The translations under genes and the position numbers were made by a program. 44,846 nt of DNA, taken from a bacterium HR33 (GTDB taxonomy: Bacteria > Gemmatimonadota > Gemmatimonadetes > Gemmatimonadales > GWC2-71-9). A model generated the notes under the pieces. It saw nothing but the letters and a program-made list of their open reading frames with translations. It was not told the DNA's origin and made no database searches. Every line of letters starts with the position of its first letter. Position 1 is the first letter of the stretch. The stretch is from the NCBI GenBank assembly GCA_945889655.1, contig CAMDCH010000002.1, forward strand, positions 1 to 44,846. Reading direction: 5' to 3'. Below, one piece after another: positions 43,549 through 44,846 of this stretch.

Positions 43549-44846
43549 GCTCCAGCGCCGTCCGGGCGGCCCGGGACCTCGAATCCCGACTCGCGAGCGT
43601 CGTAGCTACCACGCTTGGCGTGCCCGTCGACCTGGTGCACTCCGACACGCCGTTCACCCTCCTCGGCATGGACTCGCTGGGCGCGGTGGAGCTCACGGGG
43701 GCGGTCGAGAGCGCGCTCGGCGTCGCCCTGCCGCTGACCGCCGTGCACGAGTATCGCGACGTCGCCTCGCTGGCCCGGTTCATCGAGCTGGGCGTCGCGC
43801 CGCCCGCGCGCATGTCCACGCTCGAGCGGATGCGGGCGGACGCCGTGCTCCCCAGCGACATCGCGCCGCCGCGCGGAGCCCCGTCGCTGACCCGGGATGC
43901 CCGCGACCTGCTGCTTACCGGCGCCACCGGCTTCGTCGGCGCGCACCTGCTCGGCGCGCTGCTGGACGCGTCCCCCGTCACCGTGCACTGCCTCGTGCGC
44001 GGCACCGACGCCGCGCAGCGCGTGCGCGCGAACCTCGAACGGTATGGCCTGTGGACGCACGACACGTCGCGCCGCGTGCGCATCGTCAACGGCGATCTGA
44101 CCCAACCGATGTTCGGCCTCGGCACGGCGGAGTACGCTGCGCTGGCCCGGCGCATCGGCGCCATCTATCACGGCGGTGCGGCAGTGAACTGGGTGCACGG
44201 GTACGAGGGCCTCCGCGACGCCAACGTCCTGGGTACGCGCGAAGTCCTCCGGTTCGCCTGCCACGACGCTGCCAAGGCGGTGCACTTCCTCTCCAGTCTT
44301 GGCGTCTGCTATTCCACCCGGGCACCGCGGACGGTGAATGAGACGGCCGACGTCTTCGCGCATGCCGACGGGCTCCACCTGGGGTACGCACAGAGCAAGT
44401 GCGTGGCCGAGGAGCTGGTGCGAAGCGCCGGCGCGCGCGGACTCCCGGTGACGATCCTGCGGCCGGCGTTGGTGTCGGGTCACAGCGTGACCGGCGCATC
44501 CAATACCGACGATCTCCTCGCCCGCTTTATCGCAGGGTGCATCCAGATGCGTGCGGCGCCCGATCTCGACTGGCGGGTGGATTGCGTGCCGGTGGACCAT
44601 GTCGCCCGCGCGGTCGTCGTGCTGTCACGCGGCCACGAGAAGGGCACCGCCATCGCGCATCTCGCGAACGCGCGCGCGCGACACTGGCGGGAGTGCATCC
44701 TCTGGATGCGTCTCTGCGGCTACGACATCGAGCTCCTGCCCTATCGCGAGTGGATGCGCGTGCTCCGGGCGAGCGCCGGCGCGGATCACCCGCTGCATGC
44801 GCTGCGGCCCTTTTTCGTTCACGCACTCCCCGGCGAAGACCACCTC
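43545..44846 (+). CDS. acyl/peptidyl carrier protein fused to a thioester reductase (NAD-binding SDR) domain; runs off the window edge
   Basis: Not in the ORF track (no stop in the window). The ATG at 43545 overlaps the FAAL stop (ATGA). Carrier Ser in LLGMDSLGAVEL. Reductase Rossmann motif LLTGATGFVGAHLL and YAQSK (YxxxK). Confidence 0.87.
   Translation, partial: MSSSAVRAARDLESRLASVVATTLGVPVDLVHSDTPFTLLGMDSLGAVELTGAVESALGVALPLTAVHEYRDVASLARFIELGVAPPARMSTLERMRADAVLPSDIAPPRGAPSLTRDARDLLLTGATGFVGAHLLGALLDASPVTVHCLVRGTDAAQRVRANLERYGLWTHDTSRRVRIVNGDLTQPMFGLGTAEYAALARRIGAIYHGGAAVNWVHGYEGLRDANVLGTREVLRFACHDAAKAVHFLSSLGVCYSTRAPRTVNETADVFAHADGLHLGYAQSKCVAEELVRSAGARGLPVTILRPALVSGHSVTGASNTDDLLARFIAGCIQMRAAPDLDWRVDCVPVDHVARAVVVLSRGHEKGTAIAHLANARARHWRECILWMRLCGYDIELLPYREWMRVLRASAGADHPLHALRPFFVHALPGEDHL

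Noticed and set aside
1-44846. Search for CRISPR arrays, rRNA or tRNA genes, transposases, integrases, phage genes or known defence-system genes.
   Set aside because: I saw no regularly spaced direct repeats, no structural-RNA signatures and no recombinase- or nuclease-like ORFs. The only repeat found is the 155-bp element at 15510-15664.

Overview
High-GC bacterial chromosomal window (hand counts on sampled lines give about two-thirds G+C) with roughly 45 genes, many joined by 4-nt start/stop overlaps. Gene content (S46 peptidase, CarboxypepD_reg-type secreted proteins, LysM transglycosylases) suggests a Gemmatimonadota/Acidobacteriota-like soil bacterium; this is inference only. From left to right: a group II PLP decarboxylase. 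A lower-GC islet (about 2.1-4.4 kb) with a LuxR-type regulator, a 10-cysteine secreted mini-protein and a DsbA-like oxidoreductase. An S46 dipeptidyl-peptidase coupled to a D-serine-dehydratase-like enzyme. A UbiB/ABC1 kinase. A tightly overlapping minus-strand his operon, hisG / hisC-HAD fusion / hisB / hisH / hisF / hisA-hisIE fusion. It is preceded by a His-rich leader ORF, an intrinsic terminator and a 155-bp palindromic repeat element. Housekeeping genes follow (serine hydrolase, holB, moaC, two lytic transglycosylases). The two most interesting regions are these. (1) 22.3-31.9 kb is a divergently organised lasso-peptide gene cluster: Asn-synthetase-like cyclase, 52-aa precursor, HPr-kinase-like protein and ABC exporter on the minus strand, and PqqD/B1, B2 protease and nucleotidyltransferase on the plus strand. 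It abuts a PRMT-like methyltransferase that carries an N-terminal RRE-like domain and is coupled to a secreted M1 peptidase. (2) 35.1 kb to the window edge is an eight-gene translationally coupled lipid operon. It combines a split ElbD-like module (acyltransferase, fatty acyl-AMP ligase, carrier-thioester reductase) with a desaturase, a CDP-archaeol-synthase-like protein, a rifampin-phosphotransferase-like PEP-utilising enzyme, a short UbiA-like membrane protein and a SAM methyltransferase. I found no rRNA, tRNA, CRISPR array, transposase or integrase. Many long ORFs in the track are antisense or out-of-frame artefacts of the high GC content.
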